Shown: in pieces, positions 25,399 through 38,487 of the stretch
How positions within the stretch are numbered: position 1 is the stretch's first letter
Layout of the letters: every line of letters begins with the position of its first letter
Source: a virus
Lineage: Duplodnaviria; Heunggongvirae; Uroviricota; Caudoviricetes
Virus record (IMG/VR): IMGVR_UViG_2851976983_000004
DNA: 39,917 bases
Direction: 5' to 3' (one strand)
The notes under the pieces: generated by a model
Seen by the model: only the letters and a program-made list of their open reading frames with translations
Databases searched by the model: none
What the model was told of the DNA's origin: nothing
Made by a program: the position numbers and the translations under genes

Positions 25399-27864
25399 GT
25401 GGCCAGTGAATTTTCAGTCGGCGTCATTATTGGCGGCATTGTCGGGAGCAGCTTCCGCTCAGCCGTCAGTGGCACCCGACGCGCCCTTGATTCCCTTGGT
25501 GATACCTCCCGCCGTCTGCAGGAACGCCAGAATGCCTTAACCCGGGCAACAGAACGTTATGGTCAACTGGGTTCTTCCCGGATGCAGCATCTCAACAGCG
25601 AGTTGCTGCGGGTAAGCCGCACCATGGAGCAAATTGAACGTCAGCAGCGCCGTCTGTCAGCAGTATCAGCCACCGGTGATGCGTTGAAGGCTAACCGCCT
25701 GGCGCTCTATGGTCAGGGTGCAGAAACCTATGCTATTGGCAGAACGCTGGGCGCACCGGTCATGGCCTCGGTTAAACAATATGCCTCGTTTGAATCACAG
25801 TTGCGGGATATCAGTGTCACAGGAGACCTGGATGCAAAACAGGAACGTGCAATTGGCCTGGCTATCAGACAGGCCTCGCTGAAGGTTAACCAACTGCAGG
25901 AGTCTCTGTTAGGGGGAGTCGGACAATTAGTTGCTGATGGTATGGCCCCCGAACGGGCAGCAACGTTTGCAGAGATGCTTGGAAAGACCGCTACAGCAAC
26001 CAAAGCCGATATGACCGACCTTGCCAAAATGACTTATGCCTTCAGCGATGCACTCAGAATCACTGATGCGAAAGAACTTGAACAGGCGTTTGGCATTGCG
26101 GCAACAGGAGCCAAACTTGGGTCATTTGAGCTGAAGGATATGGCAAAAGCATTACCCGGTATGGCGAAAGCCTTCGCTGCTCGTGGTATTTATGGAAAAG
26201 ATGCGATTACCCAGATTGTTGCCAGTCTGGAGGTCGGTAAAGGTAGTGGCTCTGCAGAGGAAGCGGTCACCAATATGTCCAACTGGCTGGCAGCAATGGG
26301 CCGCGGAGATACCATCCAGAAATATGCTAAAGCCGGGGTGGATTACCAGGGGTCAATGCAGAATTACGTCGCTCAGGGTTTTTCGCAGTACGAAGCTTCA
26401 CTGATGATTGCCAACCGTTTTATCGACAGTAAAGGCAAAGCGTTTTTGCAGCAATGGAAAGCTGCAGGAGCAAGAGGCGATCAGGAAGGTCAGCAGAAAC
26501 TCATGGAGTCATTTGGTCTGGCTGAGGTCTTTACCGATATTCAGACTGTCAACCATTTACTGTCAATGCGACAGGGCTGGGATAAATACCTTTCCAGTAA
26601 GCAGGAAATGAATGCTCCGGCTGCAATGTCTACCCTGGATAAGGATGCTGCAAAGCAGAATGATACGCTTGAAGGTCGCTGGCGCAGAATGCAGATCGGC
26701 TTTAATGATTCTGCTATCAGCATCGGGCAATCCTTGCGTCCGGCTTTGCTCCAGTTGGGTGAAACATTTATTCCTTTAATGGACAGCGTCGGCAAATGGA
26801 TAGCGGCAAATCCGCAGCTCGTCAGCAGCACCATAAAGGTTGTGGGCGCATTACTCGCTTTCAGGATGGCCACTATCGGTCTCAAGTTTGGGCTGAATCT
26901 CCTTATTTCCCCCTTTGTAAGCGTCTGGAAAAATGCTGTTTTACTTCGGGCCAACTGGCTTCGTCTGATGCTCGCACTGGGGGAAGGCGGTAAACTCCGC
27001 TGGCTGGTGACAGGCTTTGGTGCCGTCGCCAGAGGAACCAGAACACTGGGGGGGGTGCTCTCAGGGGGGCTGGTTCGCGGAATTATGAGCGCCGGGCGTG
27101 CCGTTCTCTGGATTGGCCGGGCGCTGCTGATGAATCCCATCGGTCTCGTTATCACCGCCGTCGCGGCAGCAGCTTACCTTATCTACCGCAACTGGGGCGC
27201 TGTCAGTAGCTGGTTTAAACAGCGCTGGGCTGACATTCAGGAAGCCTTTAACGGCGGCATCGCGGGAATTGGTAAACTGCTGGTTAACTGGTCTCCGGCA
27301 GGTCTGCTTTATAAAGCCTTTGCGGCTGCGCTGAAATATCTCGGCGTTGATTTGCCGGCGAAATTCACCGACTTCGGTGGTCATCTTATTGACGGGCTGA
27401 TAAATGGCATCAGAAACAAATGGGCGTCACTGAAAACCAGCATAACCGGAATGGGTGACAGCATCAGTGACTGGTTCAGCGAAAAGCTGGGCATCCATTC
27501 ACCGAGTCGCGTGTTTATAGGCTTTGGTGACAATATCGCGCAGGGTGCCGCCATTGGCCTGCAACGGACCACTCCGCTTGCTGCACTGGCCGGGCAGCGC
27601 CTGGCCGCTGAAATGACACCGGATGTTCCCCGTATCCCGTCGCCGGAAATCATGGCTGCCGGATATTCAGGCCGTGGCGCAACTGCAACCGGCGGTGGAG
27701 CGTCTGGCGGTATCCAGGTCAGCTTTAATCCTCATTTTTTCCTCAATGGTAAGGAAACCGCAGCGCCTGCCGGGCTGGCTGGTGCCCTGAATATGAGCCT
27801 GCATGAGCTGGAAAAAATGCTGGAGCGTCTGCTGGCTCAGAAACAACGTAAGGAGTACAGCTGA
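25399..27864 (+). CDS. tail tape measure protein
   Basis: 821-aa ORF (GTG start, GAGGA upstream), Ala/Gly-rich helical protein with hydrophobic segments. Confidence 0.85.
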   Translation: MASEFSVGVIIGGIVGSSFRSAVSGTRRALDSLGDTSRRLQERQNALTRATERYGQLGSSRMQHLNSELLRVSRTMEQIERQQRRLSAVSATGDALKANRLALYGQGAETYAIGRTLGAPVMASVKQYASFESQLRDISVTGDLDAKQERAIGLAIRQASLKVNQLQESLLGGVGQLVADGMAPERAATFAEMLGKTATATKADMTDLAKMTYAFSDALRITDAKELEQAFGIAATGAKLGSFELKDMAKALPGMAKAFAARGIYGKDAITQIVASLEVGKGSGSAEEAVTNMSNWLAAMGRGDTIQKYAKAGVDYQGSMQNYVAQGFSQYEASLMIANRFIDSKGKAFLQQWKAAGARGDQEGQQKLMESFGLAEVFTDIQTVNHLLSMRQGWDKYLSSKQEMNAPAAMSTLDKDAAKQNDTLEGRWRRMQIGFNDSAISIGQSLRPALLQLGETFIPLMDSVGKWIAANPQLVSSTIKVVGALLAFRMATIGLKFGLNLLISPFVSVWKNAVLLRANWLRLMLALGEGGKLRWLVTGFGAVARGTRTLGGVLSGGLVRGIMSAGRAVLWIGRALLMNPIGLVITAVAAAAYLIYRNWGAVSSWFKQRWADIQEAFNGGIAGIGKLLVNWSPAGLLYKAFAAALKYLGVDLPAKFTDFGGHLIDGLINGIRNKWASLKTSITGMGDSISDWFSEKLGIHSPSRVFIGFGDNIAQGAAIGLQRTTPLAALAGQRLAAEMTPDVPRIPSPEIMAAGYSGRGATATGGGASGGIQVSFNPHFFLNGKETAAPAGLAGALNMSLHELEKMLERLLAQKQRKEYS

Positions 27865-28748
27865 TGTTTGCCGTACTGGGTGATATTGAGTTTGAACTGA
27901 TTACCTACTGGGACGGCTTCGAGGCCACGTTTGGCGTCGATTATGCGGAGCATGCCCGCATCGAGGGTAAACCCGGCCTGCAGTTCGTCGGCGACAGGCT
28001 GGACGAAATCCAGATAAGCCTGGTCTTCCATCAGCATTATTGTGTGCCCGACGTGGAGCTGGCGAGAGTGCGAACAGCCATGAAGGCCCATCAGGCACTG
28101 GCGCTGGTCTTCGGCAACGGTGACTATCGCGGCTGGTTCGTGATTACCGATGTGACCGCAACCAGCGAGCAGACAGACAGCACCGGTAACGTGCTGGCTG
28201 TCAGTGCCACCGTGTCTCTCCGGGAATACACCGGTGACCCGAAAAATCCTCTGCAACCGCCGGCAATACGCAGGCAGGTTCCCGGTGCCGGGGCCATATC
28301 TGGTGCTGTTCCATCGCCTTCCGGGGTGGCGCAGTTCGTCCGTAACGGCGTCAACTATGCGAAACAGGCGCAGTCTGTACTCCAGACCACCATCAGTGCC
28401 GTTCGGGTGGCGCAGAAAATGAAGGGTAACCCCGTTGTCGCGCTGACCCGTGTGCCGGGACTGATGAGCGGACTGGGTAATATATCCGGCGCTCTGGGGA
28501 AAAGTATTCCGGCGTTTAATGTACTCTCTGAATCCATGCCCGATGCCATCAGTCTGGCCAGAACAGCCAGTGAGGCAGCCACGTATGTACAGCAGGCGCA
28601 GTCGGCGCTGAGTGGTGTGGACAAAAGAAATATTGCAGGTGCTCTGGATACCGTTTCCGGGCAGCTTAACGCCGCCGGCACAGCATTCAACCGCATGTCT
28701 CCGGGATTAAGTGCAATGGCCGCCAGAATACTGACGAGGAGTGTGTGA
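27864..28748 (+). CDS. tail protein, P2 gpU-like / Mu N N-terminal-domain-like
   Basis: N-terminus MFAVLGDIEFELI and GWFVITDV segment resemble gpU family; position after tape measure. Confidence 0.65.
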   Translation: MFAVLGDIEFELITYWDGFEATFGVDYAEHARIEGKPGLQFVGDRLDEIQISLVFHQHYCVPDVELARVRTAMKAHQALALVFGNGDYRGWFVITDVTATSEQTDSTGNVLAVSATVSLREYTGDPKNPLQPPAIRRQVPGAGAISGAVPSPSGVAQFVRNGVNYAKQAQSVLQTTISAVRVAQKMKGNPVVALTRVPGLMSGLGNISGALGKSIPAFNVLSESMPDAISLARTASEAATYVQQAQSALSGVDKRNIAGALDTVSGQLNAAGTAFNRMSPGLSAMAARILTRSV

Positions 28749-28960
28749 TGTTTCTTGAACATATTACCCGTGACGGAGAGCGCTGGGATTCGCTGGCATG
28801 GCAGTACTACGGTGACCCGCTGGGCTATCCCCGGATTATTGCAGCCAATCCGCACGTGGCCATTACGCCAGTGCTGCCCTCCGGGTTGTTGTTACTGATC
28901 CCGGTTATTGAGGCTGAAGATGCCCGTACAGAAGAGGATATTGCCCCATGGCTGAGATAA
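28745..28960 (+). CDS. tail protein X-like (LysM-like)
   Basis: 71-aa ORF, GERWDSLAWQYYGDPLGYPRIIAANP pattern. Confidence 0.65.
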   Translation: MMFLEHITRDGERWDSLAWQYYGDPLGYPRIIAANPHVAITPVLPSGLLLLIPVIEAEDARTEEDIAPWLR

Positions 28961-30102
28961 ACAGTACTGCGCAAGCCACATCAGCGTTAACCGGCGTCAG
29001 CGATGTGCTGACGCCGGTATTCACTCTGTGGTATTTGCAGAAAAACATCACCTCTGATATCGCGCCTTATGTCACCCGTGTGGTCTGGAGCGATAACATC
29101 AAAAATGAGTCTGATACCATTGAGGTGGAGCTGGACGACACCGATGGCCGCTGGCTGGATAAGTGGTATCCGGGCAAGGGTGACACGCTGACGCTGAAAA
29201 TGGGTTATCAGGGCGAGAAACTGCTGTCCTACGGTACATTCTCAATAGACGAGATCGAAGTGAGTTCGCCCGCGTCCGTTGTCGCTATCCGTGGGGTGGC
29301 CACCTCGGTTAACAGTGCTCTGCGGACTAAATCCAGCCGTGGTTTTGAGAACACCACGCTGGCAGCTGTTGCGGGTCGGATTGCCAGAAAGCACCGGCTG
29401 AAACTGGTGGGCAGCATTGAGTCCATCAGAATCGACCGGGTGACCCAGTATGCTGAAACCGACGTGGGTTTTCTGCGCCGGCTGGCCAGCGAGTATGGTT
29501 ATGCAGTGAAAGTGGTCAGTGACCAGTTGATTTTTTCTCATCTGGCCACATTGCGCAGTCAGGAGCCGGTCAGGCAGTTAAAACCGCAGGATGTGGCCCA
29601 CTTTTCCCTGCGTGACACCATCAACCGGGTCTATAAATCTGCAAAGGTAAAACACCAGAAAAGCAGCAGTAAAAAACTGATCGTCTACGAAGCTGATGGT
29701 GGTACCCGTGAAAGCGACAAAAAGCTCAAAGGCGGTAAGGTTACCAGCGCTGACTCACTTAAAGTTAACAGCCGCGTCAGCGACCCGGACAGTGCCCGGA
29801 TTAAAGCGGATTCAGCACTGGCCAGACATAACGAATACCAGCAGAACGGCTCCCTGACGCTGACGGGAACGCCTCAACTGACAGCAGGCAACAAAATTGA
29901 ACTGGTGGGCTTTGGACAATTATCCGGTCCATGGCTGATAATCACTGCCCGCCATGCGTTTGAGCGTAACAGCGGCTACACCACAGAGCTGGAAGTGGCA
30001 CGGGGGCCAGTCACAAGAGGGAAAAAACAAAAAACTCAGAAACTCACGGTTTATCACCCGGATGGCAGTACATCGACGGTGATTAAGGAGAAGAAAAAAT
30101 GA
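28948..30102 (+). CDS. baseplate hub protein (gpD-like, Mu P-like)
   Basis: 384-aa ORF, conserved position. Confidence 0.75.
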   Translation: MAEINSTAQATSALTGVSDVLTPVFTLWYLQKNITSDIAPYVTRVVWSDNIKNESDTIEVELDDTDGRWLDKWYPGKGDTLTLKMGYQGEKLLSYGTFSIDEIEVSSPASVVAIRGVATSVNSALRTKSSRGFENTTLAAVAGRIARKHRLKLVGSIESIRIDRVTQYAETDVGFLRRLASEYGYAVKVVSDQLIFSHLATLRSQEPVRQLKPQDVAHFSLRDTINRVYKSAKVKHQKSSSKKLIVYEADGGTRESDKKLKGGKVTSADSLKVNSRVSDPDSARIKADSALARHNEYQQNGSLTLTGTPQLTAGNKIELVGFGQLSGPWLIITARHAFERNSGYTTELEVARGPVTRGKKQKTQKLTVYHPDGSTSTVIKEKKK

Positions 30103-30611
30103 CTGGTGTCACCCGCCAGGTCGGTACGGTCAGTGCCGTTGATGCCGACAGGGTTCAGGCCCGCGTTCGTCTGCCTGAATGCGATAATCTGCGCACAAAC
30201 TGGCTTAACGTGCTGCAGCGCAATACCCAGGATAACAAGGATTACTGGCTCCCTGACGTGGGGGAGCAGGTTGAGGTGCTGCTCGATGCCAACGGCGAGG
30301 ATGGTGTTATTCTGGGCGCGGTGTACTCAGACGTCGATAAACCGCCGTTCGGTGATAAAAACGTCCGGGGCACGAAGTACGCTGATGGCGCGGAGTTCAG
30401 TTATGACCGCGCGACCCATACGCTGACGGTCAAAGGAGGTATCGAGCATGTGGTGATCGAGGTTGCAGTGGGTATTAGTCTGAAAGGGAAAACCATTGAT
30501 TTGACAGCTGACACTATCATGGTGAACGGCAATCTTGAAATCAAAGGGAGTACCCATGCGACTGGTAACATATTTGCAGATGGACAGAATTCCAATCATC
30601 ACTCTCACTAA
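30099..30611 (+). CDS. baseplate spike protein (gpV-like)
   Basis: 170-aa ORF, position and sequence character of phage baseplate V. Confidence 0.75.
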   Translation: MTGVTRQVGTVSAVDADRVQARVRLPECDNLRTNWLNVLQRNTQDNKDYWLPDVGEQVEVLLDANGEDGVILGAVYSDVDKPPFGDKNVRGTKYADGAEFSYDRATHTLTVKGGIEHVVIEVAVGISLKGKTIDLTADTIMVNGNLEIKGSTHATGNIFADGQNSNHHSH

Positions 30612-31128
30612 TTTTTCAAGTATGTGACTCCATTTCCTCTCCCGCGGATATGATAGAATTTTTTAATTAACACTAATTTGGCGGGGACTTAAATGCGGTT
30701 ATCAAGATCCTTATGTAAAGTAGTTGGCGATGTCATTGCTAACTCAGGCTCTCATGCAGCTTTAGATACGTTATTTCTTACTTCGGGAGCACCAGGAAAC
30801 CCTCCGGCAGGATCTCATAGTACAAAATGGAAAGACTGGTTATTTCTTGCAGGGCAAGATCCAGATACAGATAGTCTGGCAGTTCTGGGCGGAGTAATTG
30901 AGGAGTTTATGGATTTACCTCCAAAAGAAGGTACTCCCGAATATGCAGAATGGAAGGAAAAACGAGACAGAATTGAAGCTGTGTTACAAGAGAATGGACT
31001 TAGATATTATCGTTTTGGTCGAGTGTTGCCTGAAGGCCACATCCCGTCACACAATATGGATTACCCAGAGACCATAATTACTTATCAACAGCCAGTAATG
31101 CCAGAAAAAGTTGAGAACTTACTGGAAA

Positions 31129-33127
<1,999 letters not shown>

Positions 33128-33459
33128 TCATAGGCGAAAAGGAAGCCAGTCATTATCTTTTAGCAATGAATATGACGTGCAAGACCTTCTCCATGCATTG
33201 CTCAGACCATGGGTTCAGGACATCCGCCCAGAAGAGTTTACTCCAAGTTACGCTGGTTCAAGTACTCGAATGGATTTTTTGTTACCTGCGCATAAATTAG
33301 TACTGGAAACCAAAATTGTTCGTGATCGTTCTCATGCAAAGAAAATCGGCGATGAACTTATTATCGATTAGACTGGCCCCCTGAATCTCCAGACAACCAG
33401 TATCACTTAAATAAGTGATAGTCTTAATACTAGTTTTTAGACTAGTCATTGGAGAACAG

Positions 33460-33825
33460 ATGATTGATGTCTTAGGGCCGGAGAAACGCAGACGGCGTAC
33501 CACACAGGAAAAGATCGCAATTGTTCAGCAGAGCTTTGAACCGGGGATGACGGTCTCCCTCGTTGCCCGGCAACATGGTGTAGCAGCCAGCCAGTTATTT
33601 CTCTGGCGTAAGCAATACCAGGAAGGAAGTCTTACTGCTGTCGCCGCCGGAGAACAGGTTGTTCCTGCCTCTGAACTTGCTGCCGCCATGAAGCAGATTA
33701 AAGAACTCCAGCGCCTGCTCGGCAAGAAAACGATGGAAAATGAACTCCTCAAAGAAGCCGTTGAATATGGACGGGCAAAAAAGTGGATAGCGCACGCGCC
33801 CTTATTGCCCGGGGATGGGGAGTAA
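33460..33825 (+). CDS. insC: IS2 transposase OrfA (InsC)
   Basis: [41 protein letters not shown]... is the IS2 OrfA sequence as I remember it; ORF table start 33415 is an upstream extension. Confidence 0.9.
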
Positions 33826-34688
33826 GCTTAGTCAGCCGTTGTCTCCGGGTGTCGCGTGCGCAGTTGCACGTCATTCTCAGACGAACCGATGACTGGATGG
33901 ATGGCCGCCGCAGTCGTCACACTGATGATACGGATGTGCTTCTCCGTATACACCATGTTATCGGAGAGCTGCCCACGTATGGTTATCGTCGGGTATGGGC
34001 GCTGCTTCGCAGACAGGCAGAACTTGATGGTATGCCTGCGATCAATGCCAAACGTGTTTACCGGATCATGCGCCAGAATGCGCTGTTGCTTGAGCGAAAA
34101 CCTGCTGTACCGCCATCGAAACGGGCACATACAGGCAGAGTGGCCGTGAAAGAAAGCAATCAGCGATGGTGCTCTGACGGGTTCGAGTTCTGCTGTGATA
34201 ACGGAGAGAGACTGCGTGTCACGTTCGCGCTGGACTGCTGTGATCGTGAGGCACTGCACTGGGCGGTGACTACCGGCGGCTTCAACAGTGAAACAGTACA
34301 GGACGTCATGCTGGGAGCGGTGGAACGCCGCTTCGGCAACGATCTTCCGTCGTCTCCAGTGGAGTGGCTGACGGATAATGGTTCATGCTACCGGGCTAAT
34401 GAAACACGCCAGTTCGCCCGGATGTTGGGACTTGAACCGAAGAACACGGCGGTGCGGAGTCCGGAGAGTAACGGAATAGCAGAGAGCTTCGTGAAAACGA
34501 TAAAGCGTGACTACATCAGTATCATGCCCAAACCAGACGGGTTAACGGCAGCAAAGAACCTTGCAGAGGCGTTCGAGCATTATAACGAATGGCATCCGCA
34601 TAGTGCGCTGGGTTATCGCTCGCCACGGGAATATCTGCGGCAGCGGGCTTGTAATGGGTTAAGTGATAACAGATGTCTGGAAATATAG
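33783..34688 (+). CDS. insD: IS2 transposase OrfB (InsD), normally expressed as OrfAB frameshift fusion
   Basis: 301-aa ORF overlapping insC, DDE integrase core. Confidence 0.9.
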
Positions 34689-34894
34689 GGGCAAATCCAT
34701 CGATATAGAGCATTATCGTCGGCACTCTGATTGCAAAAATCTCTGGTGTGTCATCTACGATCCGAACCAGCTTATTACTAATTCTGAGGGGCTGAAATCT
34801 GATCTTGAGGGGAAGAGAGTTTCTAAAGACGGAGAACTTATCGTCAAGGTTTTCGTAATTTAACAAACGTATCAATAACTCCTTTTTAAATCCC

Positions 34895-34903
34895 TTTAAT
34901 ATC
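34895..34903 (+). promoter_or_regulatory. recurring motif TTTAATATC (candidate late promoter) upstream of baseplate wedge gene
   Basis: 32 nt upstream of ATG 34935; similar TTTTAAATCC lies 11 nt further upstream; hairpin GGGGCA-atac-TGCCCC immediately precedes the ATG. Confidence 0.3.
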
Positions 34904-34934
34904 GTTCTTTTCTTACTGGGGCAATACTGCCCCC

Positions 34935-35282
34935 ATGAAAACGACCTCAGTATTCTGGCAACCGGCTCTGCAGGCTCCCGGCGAAATCGTCCGGGGGCTG
35001 GATGATATCCAGCAGTCCATCCAGATCATCCTGCGGACTCCCCGCGGCAGCGACCCGCATCGCCCAGAGTTCGGCAGCAATCTGCACCTTTATATCGACT
35101 GGCCTGTCGACCGGGCCATTCCGCATGTGGTTCGCGAATCCGTCGATGCCATCAGGCGCTGGGAACCCCGCTGCCAGCTTATGTCGGTTAAACCCGCCGT
35201 CGACGGCGAACATCTTACGCTCCGGGTGAGCTGGAAAGGCTCAGACGGACAACCCCGTACTCAGGAACTGCTATGGCGCTGA
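34935..35282 (+). CDS. baseplate wedge protein (gpW/gp25-like)
   Basis: 115-aa ORF, IQQSIQIILRTPRGSDPHRPEFGSNL pattern. Confidence 0.8.
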   Translation: MKTTSVFWQPALQAPGEIVRGLDDIQQSIQIILRTPRGSDPHRPEFGSNLHLYIDWPVDRAIPHVVRESVDAIRRWEPRCQLMSVKPAVDGEHLTLRVSWKGSDGQPRTQELLWR

Positions 35283-36376
35283 CAGAACCCGATTTTATTG
35301 AACTCGATGCCGATAAAATCACGGCAGAAATGATTGCGAAATATGAAGCGGATACCGGCAAAACGTTGTACCCGGCACAGGCAGAACGTCTGCTGATAGA
35401 TCTGTGGGCCTATCGCGAAATGCTGGTCAGGGTGGCGGTACAGGAGGCGGCGAAGCTGAATCTGGTCGCCTTTTCCCGGGAGCCGATGATTGATTACCTC
35501 GGAGAACTGGTTGGTGTATACCGCCTTCCCGCGCAGCCTGCCACCACCACACTTCAGTTCTCTGTGGATGAGGCACTGGCCATTGATGTGCTGATCCCGG
35601 CAGGCACCCGCGTCAGCGCTTCCGACAGCGTGATTTTTGCCACCGATACAGATGTAGTGCTGAAGGCCGGTTTGCAACTGGTCAATGCCCCTGCCACCTG
35701 TACTGAGCCGGGTACCTCTGGCAACGGCTGGCAACCGGCTCAGGTCAGTCAGCTGCTTGATGAGATTGATAACGTTGACCTGCTGGTGACCAATCTGACG
35801 GCCAGCACTGGCGGTTCAGAGCAGGAAGACAATGACCGACTCCGGGAGCGTATCAGGCTGGCCCCGGAGTCATTCACCAATGCCGGAAGCCGTGGTGCAT
35901 ACCGTTTTCATGCCATGGGGGCGCATCCCAGTATTGTCGACGTCGCTGTTCTTTCTCCCGTTCCCGGTACTGTCGAGCTGTATCCACTGCTCAGCACTGG
36001 TCTGCCAGACAGCAGTATCCTCACTCTGGTAGAGAGTTTCTGTTCTGACGAAAAAGTCAGACCACTCACTGATACCGTGCGGGCTAAAACACCTGTTCAG
36101 GTGGATTACACCATTGAAGCCAGGATTACGATCTATCGTGATCAGGATGCAATGTCGGTAAAGGACAACGCTAACAGCGCCATACAGAACTGGGTGGCAT
36201 CACGTGCCGCCACGCTGGGACGCGATATTGTCCCCAGCCAGATTATCAGTGCATTGTCCGTTTCCGGGGTGTACCAGGTTGAACTGGTGACACCGGCACT
36301 GCGGGTGGTTGCAGAAAACGAATGGGCAAACTGTACGGCAATCACTCTTAACGTGACAGGGGTGTCCGATGGCTGA
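35273..36376 (+). CDS. baseplate protein J-like
   Basis: 367-aa ORF, conserved position. Confidence 0.75.
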   Translation: MALTEPDFIELDADKITAEMIAKYEADTGKTLYPAQAERLLIDLWAYREMLVRVAVQEAAKLNLVAFSREPMIDYLGELVGVYRLPAQPATTTLQFSVDEALAIDVLIPAGTRVSASDSVIFATDTDVVLKAGLQLVNAPATCTEPGTSGNGWQPAQVSQLLDEIDNVDLLVTNLTASTGGSEQEDNDRLRERIRLAPESFTNAGSRGAYRFHAMGAHPSIVDVAVLSPVPGTVELYPLLSTGLPDSSILTLVESFCSDEKVRPLTDTVRAKTPVQVDYTIEARITIYRDQDAMSVKDNANSAIQNWVASRAATLGRDIVPSQIISALSVSGVYQVELVTPALRVVAENEWANCTAITLNVTGVSDG

Positions 36377-36947
36377 GGCGCTACGACTACCGCCACCGCT
36401 TGAGGGTGATATCAGTCTCAAAACGCTGGGAAGACTGGCCGAACGGCTGGATAACATCGACCTGAGCGTACTGATGGTCTGTCTCGTCGATATCGTCGAC
36501 AGTTCCGCGCTGCCATGGCTGGGCGAGCAGTTCTCGTTGTTCGGCGATGGCTGGGAACTGGCGGAATCGGACGATGTACGCCGCATGCTTATCAAATCCG
36601 CTATCGAGCTACACCGCTATAAAGGAACGCCGTGGTCAATCCGGGAAATTATCCGCCGTTTTGGCTTTGGCGAAGTAGAGCTGATAGAAGGTACGGGGCA
36701 GATCGGCTACGACGGTAAACACAGTTACAACGGACTTTTCGTCCATGGCGATGCACAAGCCTGGGCAGTCTATCGGGTCATCCTTCAACAGCCCATCACT
36801 AATGATCAGGCAGCGCTGTTACGTCAGACGCTCGCTGCCTTTGCTCCGGCTCGCTGCCATCTGGCAAGCCTGGAATATCAGTCTGTCGCCATTCGATACA
36901 ACAGTACTACCCGTTATGACGGTAGTTACAACCACGGGAGCAGTTAA
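36369..36947 (+). CDS. tail protein I-like (baseplate)
   Basis: 192-aa ORF, conserved position before tail fibre. Confidence 0.7.
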   Translation: MAEALRLPPPLEGDISLKTLGRLAERLDNIDLSVLMVCLVDIVDSSALPWLGEQFSLFGDGWELAESDDVRRMLIKSAIELHRYKGTPWSIREIIRRFGFGEVELIEGTGQIGYDGKHSYNGLFVHGDAQAWAVYRVILQQPITNDQAALLRQTLAAFAPARCHLASLEYQSVAIRYNSTTRYDGSYNHGSS

Positions 36948-36949
36948 TT

Positions 36950-37894
36950 ATGGCAAATCTACCTGAAACCCCACAGTGGGAAGACGGCATCTACCAGATT
37001 GAGGTCTCTGACCCCGTTCTGGGCGGGCCTGACGGAATTTCTAACCGTCAGGGTAAACAACTGGCCAGCCGCACGCTGTACCTGAAGCAACAGGTTGAAA
37101 AAGGCGGGGCTGACCTTGCGAAACACATCGCGGCAGCAGACCCGCATGCCCAGTATGCACCGAAAGCCAGTCCGGCATTCACCGGCACACCAACAGCACC
37201 TACACCTGCAAATGGCGATAACAGCAAAAAGCTGGCGACGACGGAGTTTGTGGCCAAAGCACTTGCGGCGCTTGCAGGCAGCGCCCCTGAGACACTGGAT
37301 ACGCTTAAAGAGCTGGCTGACGCTCTCGGTAATGATCCAAACTTTGCGACTACGGTACTGAACAAGCTGGCGGAAAAGCTGGCTAAAGACCAGAACGGCG
37401 CAGATATTCCTGATCCTGCGCTGTTTGTCAAAAACCTTGGTTTGGGAGAAGGTACTCCAGCTATTGGCGTTCCGTTCTTCTGGCCCTCCGCGGCAATGCC
37501 AAATACTGTAATCGACAGCTGGTCCAGTATGGTGTTTTTGAAGTTCAACGGGGCGAAATTTTCTGCCACTGATTACCCTGTGCTGGCGAAAGTGTTTCCT
37601 TCGCTGGTATTACCTGAAGCCCGCGGTGATTTCATTCGTATCTGGGATGACGGGCGAGGTGTAGACGGTGGTCGCGAATTATTAAGCTGGCAGGCAGCTA
37701 CAAACTTTTCTCAGTTTGCCGGGAATATAGGCGATGGTGCGGGCCACGCAATTAATTTTCATGATGGTATCGCCGGAAATCAGCCAGGATTTTCACGATT
37801 TAATTTCACCAGTAACTCTGTGGGTGATGGTGTGAATTTTGTTGCCGTCAGACCGCGAAATATTGCATTTAACTTTCTGGTGAGGGCTAAATGA
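36950..37894 (+). CDS. tail fibre protein (constant N-terminal part plus invertible C-terminal part)
   Basis: 314-aa ORF; crossover site inside gene at codons 159-167 (FVKNLGLGE). Confidence 0.75.
   Translation: MANLPETPQWEDGIYQIEVSDPVLGGPDGISNRQGKQLASRTLYLKQQVEKGGADLAKHIAAADPHAQYAPKASPAFTGTPTAPTPANGDNSKKLATTEFVAKALAALAGSAPETLDTLKELADALGNDPNFATTVLNKLAEKLAKDQNGADIPDPALFVKNLGLGEGTPAIGVPFFWPSAAMPNTVIDSWSSMVFLKFNGAKFSATDYPVLAKVFPSLVLPEARGDFIRIWDDGRGVDGGRELLSWQAATNFSQFAGNIGDGAGHAINFHDGIAGNQPGFSRFNFTSNSVGDGVNFVAVRPRNIAFNFLVRAK
37425..37450. repeat. invertase crossover site, left copy (hix/gix-like)
   Basis: Reverse complement TTCTCCCAAACCAAGGTTTTTGACAA closely resembles hixL as I remember it and matches the right copy at 21 of 26 positions. 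Confidence 0.65.
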
Positions 37895-38487
37895 TGACCC
37901 CAATTTTTGATGAAAATGGACTGGCTACAGTGCCGGGCGATATGCGTTGTTTTTATTATGATGCAGTAACGTATGAATATACGGGCTGGTCTGATGAATA
38001 TATTAATACTGGTGTAAGTATGCCCGCCTGTTCCACTGGTATTGACCCGGGCGAAAACATTCCGGGAAAAGTGGCAGTATTTACGGGTAAGGGATGGAGC
38101 CATGAAGAAGACCATCGCAATGAGACTGTTTACTCAACAGAAAATGGTGCAACTGTTACAGTGGATTATATCGGTGCCATCAAAGACGGTTATGTCACGC
38201 TTTCACCGTTAACGCCATACGATAAATGGGATGGTGAGAAATGGGTGACAGATTCTGAGGCACAACACGGTGCCGCAGTAGAAGCGGCAGAAGCACAGCG
38301 CCAGTCACTTATTGATGCAGCAATGGCTTCCATTAGTCTGATTCAGCTGAAATTACGGGCCGGGCGGAAGCTGATGCAGGCAGAGACCTCCCGACTTAAC
38401 ACTGTGCTGGATTACATTGACGCGGTGACGGCAACAGATACCAGCACCGCGCCGGATGTCATCTGGCCTGAACTGCCGGAGGAGTAG
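37891..38487 (+). CDS. tail fibre assembly protein (U-like)
   Basis: 198-aa ORF, C-terminal ...APDVIWPELPEE typical of tail fibre assembly proteins. Confidence 0.75.
   Translation: MMTPIFDENGLATVPGDMRCFYYDAVTYEYTGWSDEYINTGVSMPACSTGIDPGENIPGKVAVFTGKGWSHEEDHRNETVYSTENGATVTVDYIGAIKDGYVTLSPLTPYDKWDGEKWVTDSEAQHGAAVEAAEAQRQSLIDAAMASISLIQLKLRAGRKLMQAETSRLNTVLDYIDAVTATDTSTAPDVIWPELPEE

Larger units (their letters stand above)
33369..34699 (+). mobile_element. IS2 (IS3 family), full length (1331 bp)
   Basis: Begins TAGACTGGCCCCCTGAATCTCCAGACAACC and ends ...GGGGCAAATCCA; flanked by 5-bp direct repeat TCGAT (33364-33368 and 34700-34704); contains insC and insD. Confidence 0.9.

Noticed and set aside
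26541-27155. 204-aa minus-strand ORF inside the tape measure gene
   Set aside because: Antisense shadow ORF in a repetitive Ala/Gly-rich gene.
33415-33459. Upstream extension of IS2 insC
   Set aside because: Known IS2 OrfA begins MIDVLGPEK, which corresponds to ATG 33460.
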